A stretch of 64,000 nt of DNA, from NCBI RefSeq assembly GCF_016026235.1, contig NZ_CP065613.1; one strand, written 5' to 3'. Source of the DNA: Escherichia coli. GTDB lineage: Bacteria > Pseudomonadota > Gammaproteobacteria > Enterobacterales > Enterobacteriaceae. Positions 10,756-22,837 of this stretch are shown here, in pieces. The position numbers were made by a program, and so were the translations under genes. The notes beneath the pieces are model-generated. The model made no database searches. It had not been told where the DNA came from and saw only the letters and a program-made list of their open reading frames with translations. The number at the start of each line of letters is the position of its first letter. Positions within the stretch are counted from its first letter, which is position 1.

Positions 10756-13700
10756 TCAGCTGATACTGATACCTGCTGTGGATTTCTTCATCACAACAAC
10801 CAGCAAATCGCTGATACTTGCTGTGGGATACCAGCCATTTACCAGCCATGCCGATACAGAAAACTCCAGCGTCATGTGACCGTGACCGGCAGGCATATCA
10901 ATAACACCCGTATATATCAGCGTATTATCCAGGGTCGTTCGGTTATAAATTTCAGCACCGTTTTTCTTCACTATCAGGCGGCATGACGAATAAATATTGT
11001 TATTCTTCCGCTCATGTTTAGCACCGCGAAACGCCACCGCGGGAATAACAATTTGCCGATCAAACGGCTGATCGTCATAAACCCTGACGGTAATGGTCCC
11101 TGATGGCCACCTCTCCGGTGCACGGGAGTCCCGTGGGAAAGGTTTGCCCACTGTTTTAACGAGATCGCCTTCAATCTGGTTCGCGGACAATTTTCCCAGA
11201 ACCCGACAGTTCTTATTAATCGTGACGTTGTTGAGCGTCCCGGAGTTCACGTTACCGCTGATATCGGCATTTTTCGCCGTCAGCCGTCCGCCAGGTGTCA
11301 GGGAAAATGCCGGAGGATTACCGCCGCTGGTAATGGTCGGAGCCGTCAGGCGTTTCAGGAACACGTCGTTCATGAATATCTGATCGCCCTGACCAACAAA
11401 CATCGGCTTTGTGTTGCCATTCGCAGGATTAATCATCGCAATCCTGTCTGCCGCCAGCAGCACCTGACTCTGCATTCCTGCTGGCGTATTCTCAATACCG
11501 GCACCGATACCCGCAATATAAAGGCGTCCGTCCTTCATCTGTTGCAGCTTCACAGCCCACATGCTGTTCAGGTTATTATTTGTATCAACCTGAACTTTCT
11601 GTATCTGCTGGATTGCAGCACTCTGATTTTCCAGTTTTTTATTGACGGTTTGCGTGATTTCATTGCTGACATTCGTAATGGACGTCCTGATTTCAGTCAG
11701 GTCCGGCGCAAGCTGACCGTTATCAATCTGCGTCCACAACTCCTTGCCGAGATGCGTTTTATTGATCAACCCTTTATAAAAACTCAGATAACCTTCCGCA
11801 TCATCGCTCGCCCGACCGACGGCCTCCACAAATGCCGATTTGCCAACGGTGTTCACACTGCGAACGTAAAAATAATAATCATGGCCCGGCCTGATATTGA
11901 TACTGGCGGCTATCCAGTACAGCGCCGTGCCAAGATAGCGGGCGCTGGTTTCAACCTGCCTGATATCCGCAATCCGCTTTTCCGAAAACCAGAACTCAAA
12001 CTGCACCGTCGGGTCATATACAGCCAGTTTCGGGACCGCCGTTATCTGAAAATACCCCGGTATCAGTTCAATAGTGACAGGCGCTGCCGGTGCCGCAATC
12101 CGGAACGATACCGACGCCGGATCGCCCTGCTGCCCCCGGGCATTTACCACCCGGACTGTCAGACTGTAATTCCCCAGCGCCAGCTGCCTGAAGCGGTATG
12201 TGGTTTCCGTCGTCCGGGCTGTGCTGACCAGCCGCTCACTGCCGTCGTCCGCTGCCACGGTCAGGCGAAGCAGGAAGCTCACTCCCTTCACCACCTTCGG
12301 CGTGTCCCATCGCGCCAGCACCTGATATTCCCCGCTGTCTGCGGTGACTTCGGCGGTCAGATGCTGCACCGCTGGCGGCGTGACACCATTCACCGTGCCG
12401 CGCCGGTCACCGTCAAAGTGTGCCCCGTTATCCACGATGGCCTCTTTTTCCGGCACATGCTGCACGGCGGTGATGGCATACGTGCCGTCGTCGTTCTCAC
12501 GGATACTCACGCAGCGGAACAGGCGCTGGCGCAGCGTCGGCAGCTTCAGCCCCCACACGCTGTATTCTGCAACGCCGTCAGGAACCCGGCTCACTTTCAC
12601 CTTCACGCCGTCGGTGACGGACTGAACCTCCACGCTGACCGGACTCCCCTGCCCGTCAACCAGGCTTATCAGCGTGGTGCCGGAAGATGGCAGCGTGATT
12701 TCACGGTCGAGCGTCAGCGTCCGGGTCTGGCTGTTTACCGCCAGCACGCGCCCGCCGGTGCTGATACCGGCATAGTCATCATCGCAGATTTCAATGACAT
12801 CGCCCGGTACATGGCGAAGCCCTTCAGCACCCACGCTGAAGTCCACGGTCTGCGTTTCCAGCAGCTCCGTTTTAATCAGCCACAGCCCGGCGCGGTGTGC
12901 CTGCCCCCGACTGGTACAGCCAAAGGCATCCATCTTCGTGACATTACGACCGTAACGGGCAATGGCCTGCGTATCTTCAACAAGCTCTGTCGCCGTCTCC
13001 CAGCCGTTATCCGGGTCAATCCAGTTCACCTCAACGGCATTATGGCGGTCCTTCAGGGCGCTGAAGCTGTAGCGGAACGGCGCGCCATCATCCGGCATCA
13101 CCACATTACTGCGGTTATAGGTCCACACCTTATCCGACGGTCGGTCCTGCACGAACGTCAGCGTCTGCCCGTTCCATACCGGCATACAGCGCATCGCCGA
13201 GCAGAAATCACTGAGCACATCCCACGCCTTGCGCTGTGTGGTCAGGTACGCATTACAGGTGATGCGCGGCTCCGTGCCGCCAAAGCCGTCCGGCACCGAC
13301 TGATCGCAATTCTGGCCGATGACATACAGCGCCCATTTATCCACATCCGCCGCACCAAGACGTTTCCCCATGCCGTAGCGCGGGTGGGTCAGCATATCCC
13401 ACAGACACCAGGCCATATTGTTGCTGTATGCTGGCTTAAACGTTCCGTCCCAGATACCGCTGTATTGCCGCGTCTGCGGGTTATAGTTCGACGGCACCTG
13501 CAGAATGCGCCCGCGAAGATGATAATTGCGACTCACCTGCTGGTTACCGAACTGCTCTGAATCCACCTGCACGCCGACCAGCGCCGTGTTCGGGTAGCAC
13601 TGTTTCACATCGATGATTTCGGTGTACGACGACCAGAGCGTTTTGTTCTGCAGCTGGTCTGTGGTGCTGTCCGGTGTCATCCTGCGCATCCGGATATTAA

Positions 13701-14229
13701 ACGGGCGCGGCGGCAGGTTACCCACCACCACCGAGGCCAGATACTGCGAAGTGGTTTTGCCCTTAATGGTGATGTCTTTTTCCGTCACCCAGCCACCGTT
13801 ACGCTGTATCTGAACCAGCAGGCGGACTTCCGACGGATTCCGGTCCCCCTTTGAGGTGGTTTCCACCAGTGCCTGCACACCGAAGGTCAGGCGCAGACGA
13901 TCAATGTTTGCCGACGTGATGGTCCGGGTGATCGGCGTGTCGTATTTCACTTCCGTACCCAGCACCGCCTCGGAGCCGGAGGATTCAAATCCCTCCGGCG
14001 GTGTCTGCTCCTGCTCACCGGCCCGGAACACCACCGTGACGCCGGAGATGTTGGTATTCCCCTCAGTGTCCAGCACTGGCGTACTGTTCAGCAGCACGCT
14101 TTTTAATCCATCCACCGGACCGTCAACCGGCCCTTCGCTGATGGCATCGATCACACTCAGCAACTGCGTGGACTTCAGGTTGTCCTTCGCTTCGCGCGGA
14201 GTATGCCCCTTACTGCTGCCTTTACCCAT
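10756..14229 (-). CDS. tail tip/host specificity protein J
   Basis: 1157 aa, lambda J-like. Confidence 0.95.
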   Translation of the reverse strand: MGKGSSKGHTPREAKDNLKSTQLLSVIDAISEGPVDGPVDGLKSVLLNSTPVLDTEGNTNISGVTVVFRAGEQEQTPPEGFESSGSEAVLGTEVKYDTPITRTITSANIDRLRLTFGVQALVETTSKGDRNPSEVRLLVQIQRNGGWVTEKDITIKGKTTSQYLASVVVGNLPPRPFNIRMRRMTPDSTTDQLQNKTLWSSYTEIIDVKQCYPNTALVGVQVDSEQFGNQQVSRNYHLRGRILQVPSNYNPQTRQYSGIWDGTFKPAYSNNMAWCLWDMLTHPRYGMGKRLGAADVDKWALYVIGQNCDQSVPDGFGGTEPRITCNAYLTTQRKAWDVLSDFCSAMRCMPVWNGQTLTFVQDRPSDKVWTYNRSNVVMPDDGAPFRYSFSALKDRHNAVEVNWIDPDNGWETATELVEDTQAIARYGRNVTKMDAFGCTSRGQAHRAGLWLIKTELLETQTVDFSVGAEGLRHVPGDVIEICDDDYAGISTGGRVLAVNSQTRTLTLDREITLPSSGTTLISLVDGQGSPVSVEVQSVTDGVKVKVSRVPDGVAEYSVWGLKLPTLRQRLFRCVSIRENDDGTYAITAVQHVPEKEAIVDNGAHFDGDRRGTVNGVTPPAVQHLTAEVTADSGEYQVLARWDTPKVVKGVSFLLRLTVAADDGSERLVSTARTTETTYRFRQLALGNYSLTVRVVNARGQQGDPASVSFRIAAPAAPVTIELIPGYFQITAVPKLAVYDPTVQFEFWFSEKRIADIRQVETSARYLGTALYWIAASINIRPGHDYYFYVRSVNTVGKSAFVEAVGRASDDAEGYLSFYKGLINKTHLGKELWTQIDNGQLAPDLTEIRTSITNVSNEITQTVNKKLENQSAAIQQIQKVQVDTNNNLNSMWAVKLQQMKDGRLYIAGIGAGIENTPAGMQSQVLLAADRIAMINPANGNTKPMFVGQGDQIFMNDVFLKRLTAPTITSGGNPPAFSLTPGGRLTAKNADISGNVNSGTLNNVTINKNCRVLGKLSANQIEGDLVKTVGKPFPRDSRAPERWPSGTITVRVYDDQPFDRQIVIPAVAFRGAKHERKNNNIYSSCRLIVKKNGAEIYNRTTLDNTLIYTGVIDMPAGHGHMTLEFSVSAWLVNGWYPTASISDLLVVVMKKSTAGISIS

Positions 14230-14289
14230 TCCTCACGCTCCATAAACGACAAAACCGCCCGGAGGCGGTTTCACATAAAACGTTTTTCA

Positions 14290-14937
14290 TCAGCGACCAA
14301 TCACCACAACCTGACCACCATCCCCTTCGTCTGCCGTGCGGATCTCCTGAGAGACCACCCGCGACCCCACGCGCATTTCACCGTACAGAACGGGCAGAAC
14401 ATTGCCCTGGGCAACCATGTTATCCAGTGAGGAGAAATAGGTGTTCTGTTTGCCGTTATCTGTACTTGCTGCCGTGGGCGTCCTGGCTTTCGGTGCCAGC
14501 ATCTGCGCCACTCCGCCCAGGATCATACTGGCCCCTGCCGCATACATGCCCGATACAGCCGCGGCACCCAGCCAGCCCACAGGGTTCCACCATGCCACCG
14601 CAATCAGCGCCACCCCCAGCACCACCTGAAACACACTGCCACTTTTAGCTCCCGCCAGACGCGGCACGATGTGGATCACGGCACCATTTGCCAGCGGCTC
14701 ATTAAGACGGGCAGACAATTCGGTTTCACCTGCATCACGCCCGGCAATGCGTACCTGGTACCAGCCGTCGCTCAGTTTCTGACGAAACGCCGGGATCTGC
14801 ATGGCCAGCGCCCGGATGGCTTCGGACCCCGTTTTCACTCGAAGGTCGATGCGGCGGCCAAATCGTTGTAAATCCCCGTAAAGGCAGATGCGTGCCATGC
14901 CCGGTGACGCCAGAGGGAGTGTGTGCGTCGCTGCCAT
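14290..14937 (-). CDS. tail assembly protein I
   Basis: MAATHTLPLASPGMARICLYGDLQRFGRRIDLRV as lambda I. Confidence 0.9.
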   Translation of the reverse strand: MAATHTLPLASPGMARICLYGDLQRFGRRIDLRVKTGSEAIRALAMQIPAFRQKLSDGWYQVRIAGRDAGETELSARLNEPLANGAVIHIVPRLAGAKSGSVFQVVLGVALIAVAWWNPVGWLGAAAVSGMYAAGASMILGGVAQMLAPKARTPTAASTDNGKQNTYFSSLDNMVAQGNVLPVLYGEMRVGSRVVSQEIRTADEGDGGQVVVIGR

Positions 14938-15578
14938 TTGTCGGTGTACCTCTCTCGTTTGCTCAGTTGTTCAGGAATATGGTGCAGCAGCTCGCCGTCA
15001 CCACAGTAAATGGCGGCATGATTCGGCACCGATGAACCAAAACAGCACAGCAGCACATCGCCCGGCTGCGCCGCTGACAACGGCACCTGATACAGCCCTG
15101 TGGCCTCCAGATTATCCAGATAGAGATTCTGACCGTTACGCCACCAGTCATCCTCGCGATGAAAATCCGGCATCTCAATCCCCGCCAGATGGTAAGCATC
15201 CCGGAACAGCGTGTAACAGTCCGTCACCCCGTGCTCAAAGCGCCGCCCGGAAAGATGTGGCACACAGCGGAACTTGTGAATCGCCCCCCGGCAAACCAGC
15301 CACCACGGCAAATCACTCTGCACCTGCAGCCGCCGGTCGGTCTCACTCAGCCAGGGCAGACCACCGGGGTGGCTGTGGACCAGCGCCACAATCTCACCCT
15401 GCATCTCTGCCCGCAGCCAGTCCTCCGGCGACATCCGGAAATACTCCTCCGGCTCACCGGAGATATTCACGCAGGGAAAATATCTTTCCCCCTCCGGTGT
15501 TCTCACCACGAAGCCGCACGACTCCGCTGGCGCACATCGCCGGGCGTGCGCCAGAATCGCTGATTCTGTCTCTGTCAT
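14835..15578 (-). CDS. tail assembly protein K (MPN/JAMM plus NlpC/P60)
   Basis: HSHP motif and Cys-His hydrolase region; overlaps I as in lambda; start uncertain. Confidence 0.8.
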   Translation of the reverse strand: MTETESAILAHARRCAPAESCGFVVRTPEGERYFPCVNISGEPEEYFRMSPEDWLRAEMQGEIVALVHSHPGGLPWLSETDRRLQVQSDLPWWLVCRGAIHKFRCVPHLSGRRFEHGVTDCYTLFRDAYHLAGIEMPDFHREDDWWRNGQNLYLDNLEATGLYQVPLSAAQPGDVLLCCFGSSVPNHAAIYCGDGELLHHIPEQLSKRERYTDKWQRRTHSLWRHRAWHASAFTGIYNDLAAASTFE

Positions 15579-15583
15579 GGGAT

Positions 15584-16282
15584 TCACTGCGAAAGTTTGT
15601 TAATGGAAAGGAAGCCGCCAAAGTTGCCGACGTTATTGCGAAACTTACAGCCGCTCAGGCATTTGCTGCATTTATCCTTCGTGATATCGGAGGTCGGCTG
15701 GTCATATTCATCCGCGACCGCCGGACCGTGATAACCGCACTCATCACCGCGATAGGTCCAGGTGCAGGTATTAGCCAGCATGATGCGCCCCGGAAAAACA
15801 GCGCCGTCCGTTTCCGTCGGCGTGGACAGTACAAAAGAGGCACTCACCGCGCTCAGTTCGCTGCACTGCTCGATGCGCCAGCGGCTGATCACCTCCTGCT
15901 CCGGATCGGCGTCACTGTTTCCGTTGACGAAGTTCACCGCATCCAGAAAACGGGCGTAAACCTTACGCCGGACCACCGTTCCTCCGACCAGACTCTGCAG
16001 GTCTTCCGCCATCCCGGTGACCATGCCGTGCAGGTTAGAAACCGTCAGTGTCGGACGGGCAGCACTGCCTTTGCCGTTCAGTTCAAATCCCGTCCCCTGA
16101 ATGGGATACGCCTGATACTGTCGCCTCTGCCAGGTGACCGGCTCACCTTTATCGTTCTGCTCATTACAGAAAAAATAACGTTCTCCACCGACCACTGTCA
16201 GATCGATTTCCCAGAGCACCACCTGGGCTGACTGAGTGAGGCGTGTCGTCTCATGATGTGTTTCCTGTGGAATATCCTGCAT
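15584..16282 (-). CDS. minor tail protein L
   Basis: 232 aa, lambda L-like. Confidence 0.9.
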   Translation of the reverse strand: MQDIPQETHHETTRLTQSAQVVLWEIDLTVVGGERYFFCNEQNDKGEPVTWQRRQYQAYPIQGTGFELNGKGSAARPTLTVSNLHGMVTGMAEDLQSLVGGTVVRRKVYARFLDAVNFVNGNSDADPEQEVISRWRIEQCSELSAVSASFVLSTPTETDGAVFPGRIMLANTCTWTYRGDECGYHGPAVADEYDQPTSDITKDKCSKCLSGCKFRNNVGNFGGFLSINKLSQ

Positions 16283-16291
16283 CAGAGACTC

Positions 16292-16621
16292 CTATGCCAC
16301 GACCTGTTCAAAATCTGCCGTTATGGTTACCCACAACGCCCCCACGCTTGCCGACCATTTACGACAAACCACCCTGATCGGCTTCCAGTCATAAGGTGGC
16401 GTCCACTGAAATGCGCGGACGCCACCGTGCCGTTCCAGAAAGGCTTTTAAAGATGGGTGTTCACCTTTACGAACACGTATCGTCACGCTGTAAGTCGACA
16501 ACTGGTTATTCAGTCCCGCCGCACGACGCTGTTCATAACCATCGCCCAGCTTCACTGTCACCACTTTCGGCTCTGATACCACATTCATATCCGGGCGCAC
16601 TTTCCAGTGAAACGTCTCCAT
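16292..16621 (-). CDS. minor tail protein M
   Basis: 109 aa, same length as lambda M. Confidence 0.9.
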   Translation of the reverse strand: METFHWKVRPDMNVVSEPKVVTVKLGDGYEQRRAAGLNNQLSTYSVTIRVRKGEHPSLKAFLERHGGVRAFQWTPPYDWKPIRVVCRKWSASVGALWVTITADFEQVVA

Positions 16622-19600
16622 TACCGGTATGCTCCACTTAACCGGCCACCATCACGGGCCTGCTGTTGCATAAAGTCCGCGGCCGCTTTTTTCCCGAGGT
16701 CATAAACCACCTTCAGGGCAGCCGGACCTATCTGCCCGTTCGTGCCATCGTTATTGATCTCAATGTTGTACTGCGGGGCAAACATCACCATGCCTGAACC
16801 ACCAGTATCCGCCACAACCCCAGCTTACCATCAGCACCGCGACGCAGTGGCAGAATGGCTTCAGGTCCCGCTTCCCCCATCACACCCGCGCCTTTTGCAA
16901 AAGCAAAAAACGTCGGACGGTTAACCACCGTGCCACTGTAGCGACTCAAATCAGCAGACTGGTAAACACCGCCATCAGCATTAGTCGTGAAGCCGAATAA
17001 AGAACCGACGCCCTTTACCGCCTGCATCATGGCCATCTGTGCCATAATTCTGGCCATATCTGACAACAGGGAAGAGGTAAAGGATTTAAAATTCAGCTTA
17101 CCGGTGGTACAGAATGTCGCCAGTGCATTACCGGCACTGCTGAATGCCACTGTAAACATCTGTTCTACCGTTCCCGCCGCATTATCCGCATCCGCCGTAA
17201 AATTCTGAAACGCCCGCATGGCACCGTTTTTCCAGTCGCCCTGCGCCACTTCCAGTTCCTGCCAGTAGCGTTTGTTTTCATTCAGTTGTCGCTTCAGGCT
17301 CCCCTTCAGCACCTCCTCAGCCCTCCGGTAGTCCTCCGTCCCGTAAGTGCCTTTCTGGCGACTGTCATTCTCAAGCTGTTGCAACTGTTGCCGGTATTCC
17401 TGCCGGATGCGCAACTGTGCCTGGTAGCGCTGCCGCTGCTTATCCCCCATACCTGCAGTGGCAATATCCAGATTGTGCTGCTCACGCAGTGCACGTTCTT
17501 TGTCTGCCAGCTGGCTGGTCAGCTGAACCGTTTTTTTTCTCAGGTCGTTAAGCGCTGTCTGTTTCTGCAGCTCCTGCTGTTTCACATCCAGCAGCGTCAG
17601 CGCCTGAATCAGCTCATTCTTACGGGCCAGCACACTCTTTTCATCTGCCGTCAGCTTTTTCCCGCCCAGGTCGCTGATGCGCTGCTGCAGGGCCAGAAGC
17701 TGTTTATGCGCTTCAGTCATCCTTTCAGTGGCAATGCCTGCTGACTGTCTGGCAGCAGCAATCTGCCCTTCCACCTGTGCCTGCTGCTGACTGTACTGCA
17801 GCAATAACCGGGTGGCCTCATCATTACGGGTTGCCCGTGTATTTTTCTTAATGGCTTTTTCGTAACGTTCATTTTCACGCTGTATCGCCGCATCCCTGAC
17901 AGCCTGGTCGGCGTACTGCATGGCATTAATACGCGCAATTTCCCGCTGATGTCGTGCAGCTTCCGTTTCATTCATCCGGTTCAGCGCGGCATTTTCAGCA
18001 TTCCGGCGTTTCTGTTGCTCCTGGTAATTCCGTTCTGCCTGCGCTTTTGCATCCTGCAAATCCTTCCGGCGTTTTTTCTCCTGAAGATCGTTAAGACGCT
18101 GCTGATCGTACTCCACCTGTGTGGAGGCGTTTGTCCACGGATATTTTTTCGCGCGCTGAATTTTTTCCTGTAACGCATCAATCTGCGCATCCAGCGAGTC
18201 TTCACGACCAATATTCATGGCCGCATCCCAGAACTGCTTCCACCAGTCAGACAAGGTTTGCAGCGTACTACCCAGCGCATTGAGATTATTATCAATATCA
18301 GATGTGCGTTTACCGGTTTCCTCTGCCAGCGCAGACATGGCGATCCGGGCCGCATCACTGGACCGCCCCTGCTCCCCAAGGACGCGTATCTGCTCAAGCT
18401 GAGTGGCAGTCAAAAAATGCAGCGCATTGTCCAGCGCCTTCGCGGCATTTACAGGATCATCCTTCAGCCGCTTAAACTGATTTATGGTATCGCTGACCGA
18501 CTGGCCAACCGATCGCTCCATCTGTGCGGCAGCTTTCGCCACCATACCAATATCGTTTCCATGAAATGCCCCACTGCCCACCACCTGTGCCAGCGCACCG
18601 GCTGCCGCATGTTGCGTGATACCATTCCCGGATATGGCCCGGCTGAGTTTCCACAACTGCCCGACAGTGACACCGGCATAATGTCCCGTCAGCGCCAGCT
18701 GACGGTTAAATTCCTCGCCCTCCTTCCGGCCGTCATGCCAGGCTTTACCCAGACCCAGGACCGCCGCGACAAGTCCGCCAATAACGCCGCCAGTCATCAT
18801 GCCTTTCGGCGACATCAGTGCGCCTGTCCATCCGGCACGGTTAGCCAGCGTTATCCCGGATCCCCTCAGCGCACCAAAATTGCCGCGCGCCATCTGACTG
18901 ATTAACACCCCCAGCTCCCGCCGGGCTGCCGCACTTTTCAGCCCCAGCGAATGTGTGGCTTTTCCTGCCCGCTCCATTTTGCGGATATACACTTCTGCAG
19001 CACTGCTTACCCCCAGCTGAGCCGCCCTGGCGCGAAGCAACTCAGAAGACGACAGATTCTGGCGGGTTGCCTGCTCTTTAAGCTGGCGGATAAACGCCGC
19101 TTTCTGCCGGGTGGCCTGTTCCTCTGCCTGCGTCAGGGCACGGGTTTTCGCCGTGATCTCCGAAATCAGCGCCAGATAATCCTGCTGACCAACCCCGCCA
19201 CTGTTTCTGGCCTGTCGGATCTGCTGCTGAATACGCTGTAATTCCTGAAGCCCCGCACCGGCCTGTTTCACACTGTCAATCTGGCGATAAAAGGCGGCAG
19301 CCGCTTTATCCTGCGCCTCCGCCAGTGCCCTGGCCTGCGCCTGTTCCTCGCGCATTTTCTGGCTCAGCGCCTCCATGCGCTGGCGGGTTTTCTCCACCTC
19401 GCGGGCCATGCGTTCATGAGCCTGTGCGTTCTTCTCCACCGTCTGCGCATGGACGGATGCGGCTGTTGCAGCCGAAGAAGCCGCCTGCGTTGTCTGCCGG
19501 GCGGCCTGAGTCTGACGCTCCATAAAACGCTGCATACGGGCAGAAGACCGTTCTGCATCGCTGGCTGCACCATTCAGAAGGTTTTTGATACGGGGAATTT

Positions 19601-19661
19601 CATTTTTAAACTCTGCCGCATCAATCCCCAAATCAATGACCAGGTTGGCTATCTGGTCCAT
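16621..19661 (-). pseudogene. tail tape measure protein H, apparent frameshift near 3' end
   Basis: 968-aa ORF stops at 16785; conserved lambda H C-terminus (NNDGTNGQIGPAALK..DGG) is in a different frame in ORF 16621..16815. Confidence 0.75.
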
Positions 19662-19962
19662 AACGCACACCTCCGGAAATACCTTCCCCAAGATGCATCA
19701 GTTCTTCGTCCGTTCGCTCCGGTATCCCGTTCTCTTCCGGTAAAAGGCTGAAATCAGCCACCGCAGCATCGCTGCTGCCGGACACCATTCTCACGATCAA
19801 TGCCTTCAGCGAGGCAAACTGCGCATCCATCCACACATCACTGAAGCTCTGCATCCGGAAATAATCGCCCCACTCACCAAGCTCAGTGGCCGACATTTCC
19901 GACAGCATCCGCCGCCAGTCTGCCCGCCGGAACTCCCGGGCAAGCCGCATGACAAACTGCAT
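19633..19962 (-). CDS. T segment of G-T tail chaperone (made by -1 frameshift from G)
   Basis: Open frame with no own start directly after G, as in lambda G/GT. Confidence 0.65.
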   Translation of the reverse strand: MQFVMRLAREFRRADWRRMLSEMSATELGEWGDYFRMQSFSDVWMDAQFASLKALIVRMVSGSSDAAVADFSLLPEENGIPERTDEELMHLGEGISGGVRYGPDSQPGH

Positions 19963-20038
19963 TTCCCGCGTCAGGACTTTTCCGGCGTCAGCGCCTCATG
20001 ATCATCATCCCCGGCATTCTCAATGGTCCCCATACCGC

Positions 20039-20356
20039 TCAGCGACAGAACCCTCTCCGCCCCGCGCCCAGCGCATCATACGACCATGTTGTCATAATGG
20101 ATGCGCAAAGCGTCTCAACATCCTGAGACTGCTCAGCATTCCACAGTGAGCGGGAAACCAGCCAGGCATTGATATCCATTCCCATACGCAGAAAAGCAAT
20201 CTGTCGTTCAGCCTCCGGCAGTTCTCCCTCCTGTGCATCAAACTTTGCCGTTCGCTGCTGAACAAACGTCAGATATTCAATTCTCTGCAGCCCGGACAGC
20301 TCACTGAGCACCACGGACTGTTTTTCATAATTAAACGTATCCTGTTTCAGAAACAT
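20039..20356 (-). CDS. tail assembly chaperone G
   Basis: MFLKQDTF...VVLSELSGLQRIEYL resembles lambda G. Confidence 0.8.
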   Translation of the reverse strand: MFLKQDTFNYEKQSVVLSELSGLQRIEYLTFVQQRTAKFDAQEGELPEAERQIAFLRMGMDINAWLVSRSLWNAEQSQDVETLCASIMTTWSYDALGAGRRGFCR

Positions 20357-20414
20357 CATGTTCTCCGGATGCAAAAAGCCCCGGATAACCGGGGCAATGA
20401 TGAGTATCGTCCTG

Positions 20415-21155
20415 TTATGGTGCGCTGACGGTCACCGCAGCCACTGCCACAAACTCTCCGTCAGAGGTCATGCCCACGATGCTGACACTGCCCTGCTTCA
20501 CGCCTTTCACCGTGGCCACAAGCCCGCTCAGGGTCACCGAAGCAGTCTGAGGATCTGACGAATGCACACTGATCGCTTTGTCACTGGCCCCGTCAGGTTT
20601 TACTGTAAAGGTCAGTGTGGTGGTTGCTCCCGCTTTGACACTGACAGATGCCGGTGCCACCGTCAGTCCGGTAACACCCACGGTTTCAGCGCCCTCCTCT
20701 GCCAGATACGGACGCCCCACACCGCTGATTTTTACAGTACGGGTCATCACCTCTTTTGAGGTAATGGTTTTACCCAGTGAACTCAGCCAGCCACGGAAAA
20801 CATCAACCGTACCGTTGGGGTATTTGATACGAAACGCGCAGACTTCACCGGAATCGAACAACTGAACCAGTTTTTTCTGCCCGCTGTCACCCGGACGCCA
20901 GGCCAGCGTCGCCAAAGTATCACCGACGGATTTCTGCCCCTGGGTTGTCGTTTTCCAGTCTGCATCTTCATCATCGAGATAAGTGTCATCTTCTGCATCA
21001 GCGGTCATTTCGCCAGGTTGCAGATCCTTCACCATCGCAAGACGCAGCCAGTCAGTGTCCGACAAAGGGTTCGCAAACGCATCGCCCTTGCCGGTGTACA
21101 TCCAGAACGTCGTTCCCGCACCTTTCGTTTTTGCCAGTGGATTTGGTGTGGTCAT
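20415..21155 (-). CDS. major tail protein V with C-terminal Ig-like domain
   Basis: 246 aa from MTTPNPLAKTKGAG; lambda V length. Confidence 0.9.
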   Translation of the reverse strand: MTTPNPLAKTKGAGTTFWMYTGKGDAFANPLSDTDWLRLAMVKDLQPGEMTADAEDDTYLDDEDADWKTTTQGQKSVGDTLATLAWRPGDSGQKKLVQLFDSGEVCAFRIKYPNGTVDVFRGWLSSLGKTITSKEVMTRTVKISGVGRPYLAEEGAETVGVTGLTVAPASVSVKAGATTTLTFTVKPDGASDKAISVHSSDPQTASVTLSGLVATVKGVKQGSVSIVGMTSDGEFVAVAAVTVSAP

Positions 21156-21165
21156 TGCCACCTCC

Positions 21166-21579
21166 TTAATTCGTGTACGTGATCTGGTACGTGATTTCCG
21201 CCATCGCCCAGGTGGCCATCTCATTATCACGTTGATAGTTAAAACCGAGTGGGTTCATGGTGTCGATGAGTCCGGAAAGTGCCGGTACATCATTCAGGGC
21301 CGGGAAAATGGTGCTCTCCATCCACATATCCAGCTCTGAATCCGGTGCCTGTGCCCGGATGAAGACAGCAATATGCAGAACAGCCTGCCAGTCATCTTCA
21401 TCCGTCATTTTTCCGGTGTACTGAGCATCACTCAGCCACACCGCCACGGCAGGCAGTTCCTGCGCATCAACAAATGCCGGAAGCCCGTCAAAAAACGTGG
21501 CGCTGTCTCCACACTGTTCCCGAAGGCGTGCCAGTACGACCTGGCGGATCTGTGTATGTCGGTTCATCGGGTCAGCCAT
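21166..21579 (-). CDS. minor tail protein U (tail terminator)
   Basis: ATFFDGLPA...ELPAVAVWL...DSELDMWMES as lambda U. Confidence 0.85.
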   Translation of the reverse strand: MADPMNRHTQIRQVVLARLREQCGDSATFFDGLPAFVDAQELPAVAVWLSDAQYTGKMTDEDDWQAVLHIAVFIRAQAPDSELDMWMESTIFPALNDVPALSGLIDTMNPLGFNYQRDNEMATWAMAEITYQITYTN

Positions 21580-22148
21580 AACCTCAGTTGTTGTTTCAGT
21601 GCATACCCCAGCTGTTTCGGCATTTCCGCAGCAATGATGCGGTCGCGGGCATCTTCAAATGCCTGTGTCAGCGGTCCGGACAGCGGGATTTTCACCACAT
21701 CAATGGGGTAACGATTTTTGCCGTCAATACGCCGCATCACATGCCAGCGACCATTCGCCAGTTGCTGAATAAACGCATCCCGGAAAAGGTATTTCCCCAC
21801 TTTCAGTACGCTGCCACGATGACGTGAGTTGCTGCCATGCCGGGAGCGGGCCAGTCTGACCTGTGCGGTACCCAGCTTAATGGCGGGCAGGTTACCCCGG
21901 TTAACACGCATGCGGGCATACATTTTTCCTGAGGGGCTGGCTTTAAGCAGCCTGACACGCTCCCTGACCGTTTTCAGGGGAATACCTTTCACCTGGTTAT
22001 CCCCGGCAACGGTATTCTGCGCAACCTGCCGTGTGGCGACAGAAATAATCTTTGCCGCCACACGGTTTACCGCCCATGCGCTGGCCTGTGGCACCATGCG
22101 GGTATCGAGGCTGTTCAGATTACGGATGGCATTCTCAAGCCCCTTCAT
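21564..22148 (-). CDS. tail completion protein Z
   Basis: 194 aa, lambda Z position and length. Confidence 0.8.
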   Translation of the reverse strand: MKGLENAIRNLNSLDTRMVPQASAWAVNRVAAKIISVATRQVAQNTVAGDNQVKGIPLKTVRERVRLLKASPSGKMYARMRVNRGNLPAIKLGTAQVRLARSRHGSNSRHRGSVLKVGKYLFRDAFIQQLANGRWHVMRRIDGKNRYPIDVVKIPLSGPLTQAFEDARDRIIAAEMPKQLGYALKQQLRLWLTR

Positions 22149-22159
22149 CCCACACCTCT

Positions 22160-22435
22160 TTACTCAATAAAGATCATTGGTTTACCGTTAAAGCGTTCAT
22201 GCCGTGTGACCGTCCATTGTTGTCCGTCATAAACAACGCGGTCCCCGCGCCGTGGGCGGTATCCCGAAGAAAACACCACCAGAGAGACCGCCGGTCCGGA
22301 CAGAGCGTTCAGCTCTGCCAGAGTTTCTCCCGGGAGCACAGGCATATAAACATCATTAATCGAGGCCATCTTTCCCATCTTTCTGACCGTGATCGCATCC
22401 ATACGCGCTGCCAGCCGGGAAAAGGGATCAGACAT
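22160..22435 (-). CDS. head-tail joining protein (FII-like)
   Basis: Position between head and tail modules. Confidence 0.55.
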   Translation of the reverse strand: MSDPFSRLAARMDAITVRKMGKMASINDVYMPVLPGETLAELNALSGPAVSLVVFSSGYRPRRGDRVVYDGQQWTVTRHERFNGKPMIFIE

Positions 22436-22752
22436 TGAGTTTTACCGGCACTTCTTCTGCACCAGCTCCGGCATCTGCCCAGACAACCCCGACCAGCGGA
22501 TCAGAGCCGCTGTTAGTCAGCTGAACTTTTCCGGACTTCAGAAAAACCTTCTTACCCGTTTTCATGTCATCCGTTTTCAGCTTAGGCAGCATAAACACAC
22601 CTTCGGTCAGGCCGTCGCCTGTTTCACCCTGTGGAATATCGGTCAGCGCCACCGCAAAAACATCACCCACCTGCACCAGATCTCCGCTGCTGATGGCTGC
22701 ACTGGCAACAATCGCCACCGTTTTCCCTTCTTCTACAAAATTCTTTGCCATA
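22428..22752 (-). CDS. head-proximal structural protein, family unassigned
   Basis: 108 aa from MAKNFVEEGKTVAIV; directly downstream of capsid gene. Confidence 0.5.
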
Positions 22753-22837
22753 ACTGTCTCCGCACAGCCCCGTTCAGGGGCTGATTTCAGGTACAAAAAA
22801 AGCCCTTACGGGCCATCAGAGTTGTTATCTGCGACGT

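Noticed and set aside
11542-13560. 672-aa plus-strand ORF
   Set aside because: Antisense to tail protein J; Arg/His-rich translation typical of a GC-rich antisense frame.
14888-16231. 447-aa plus-strand ORF
   Set aside because: Antisense to tail genes I/K/L.
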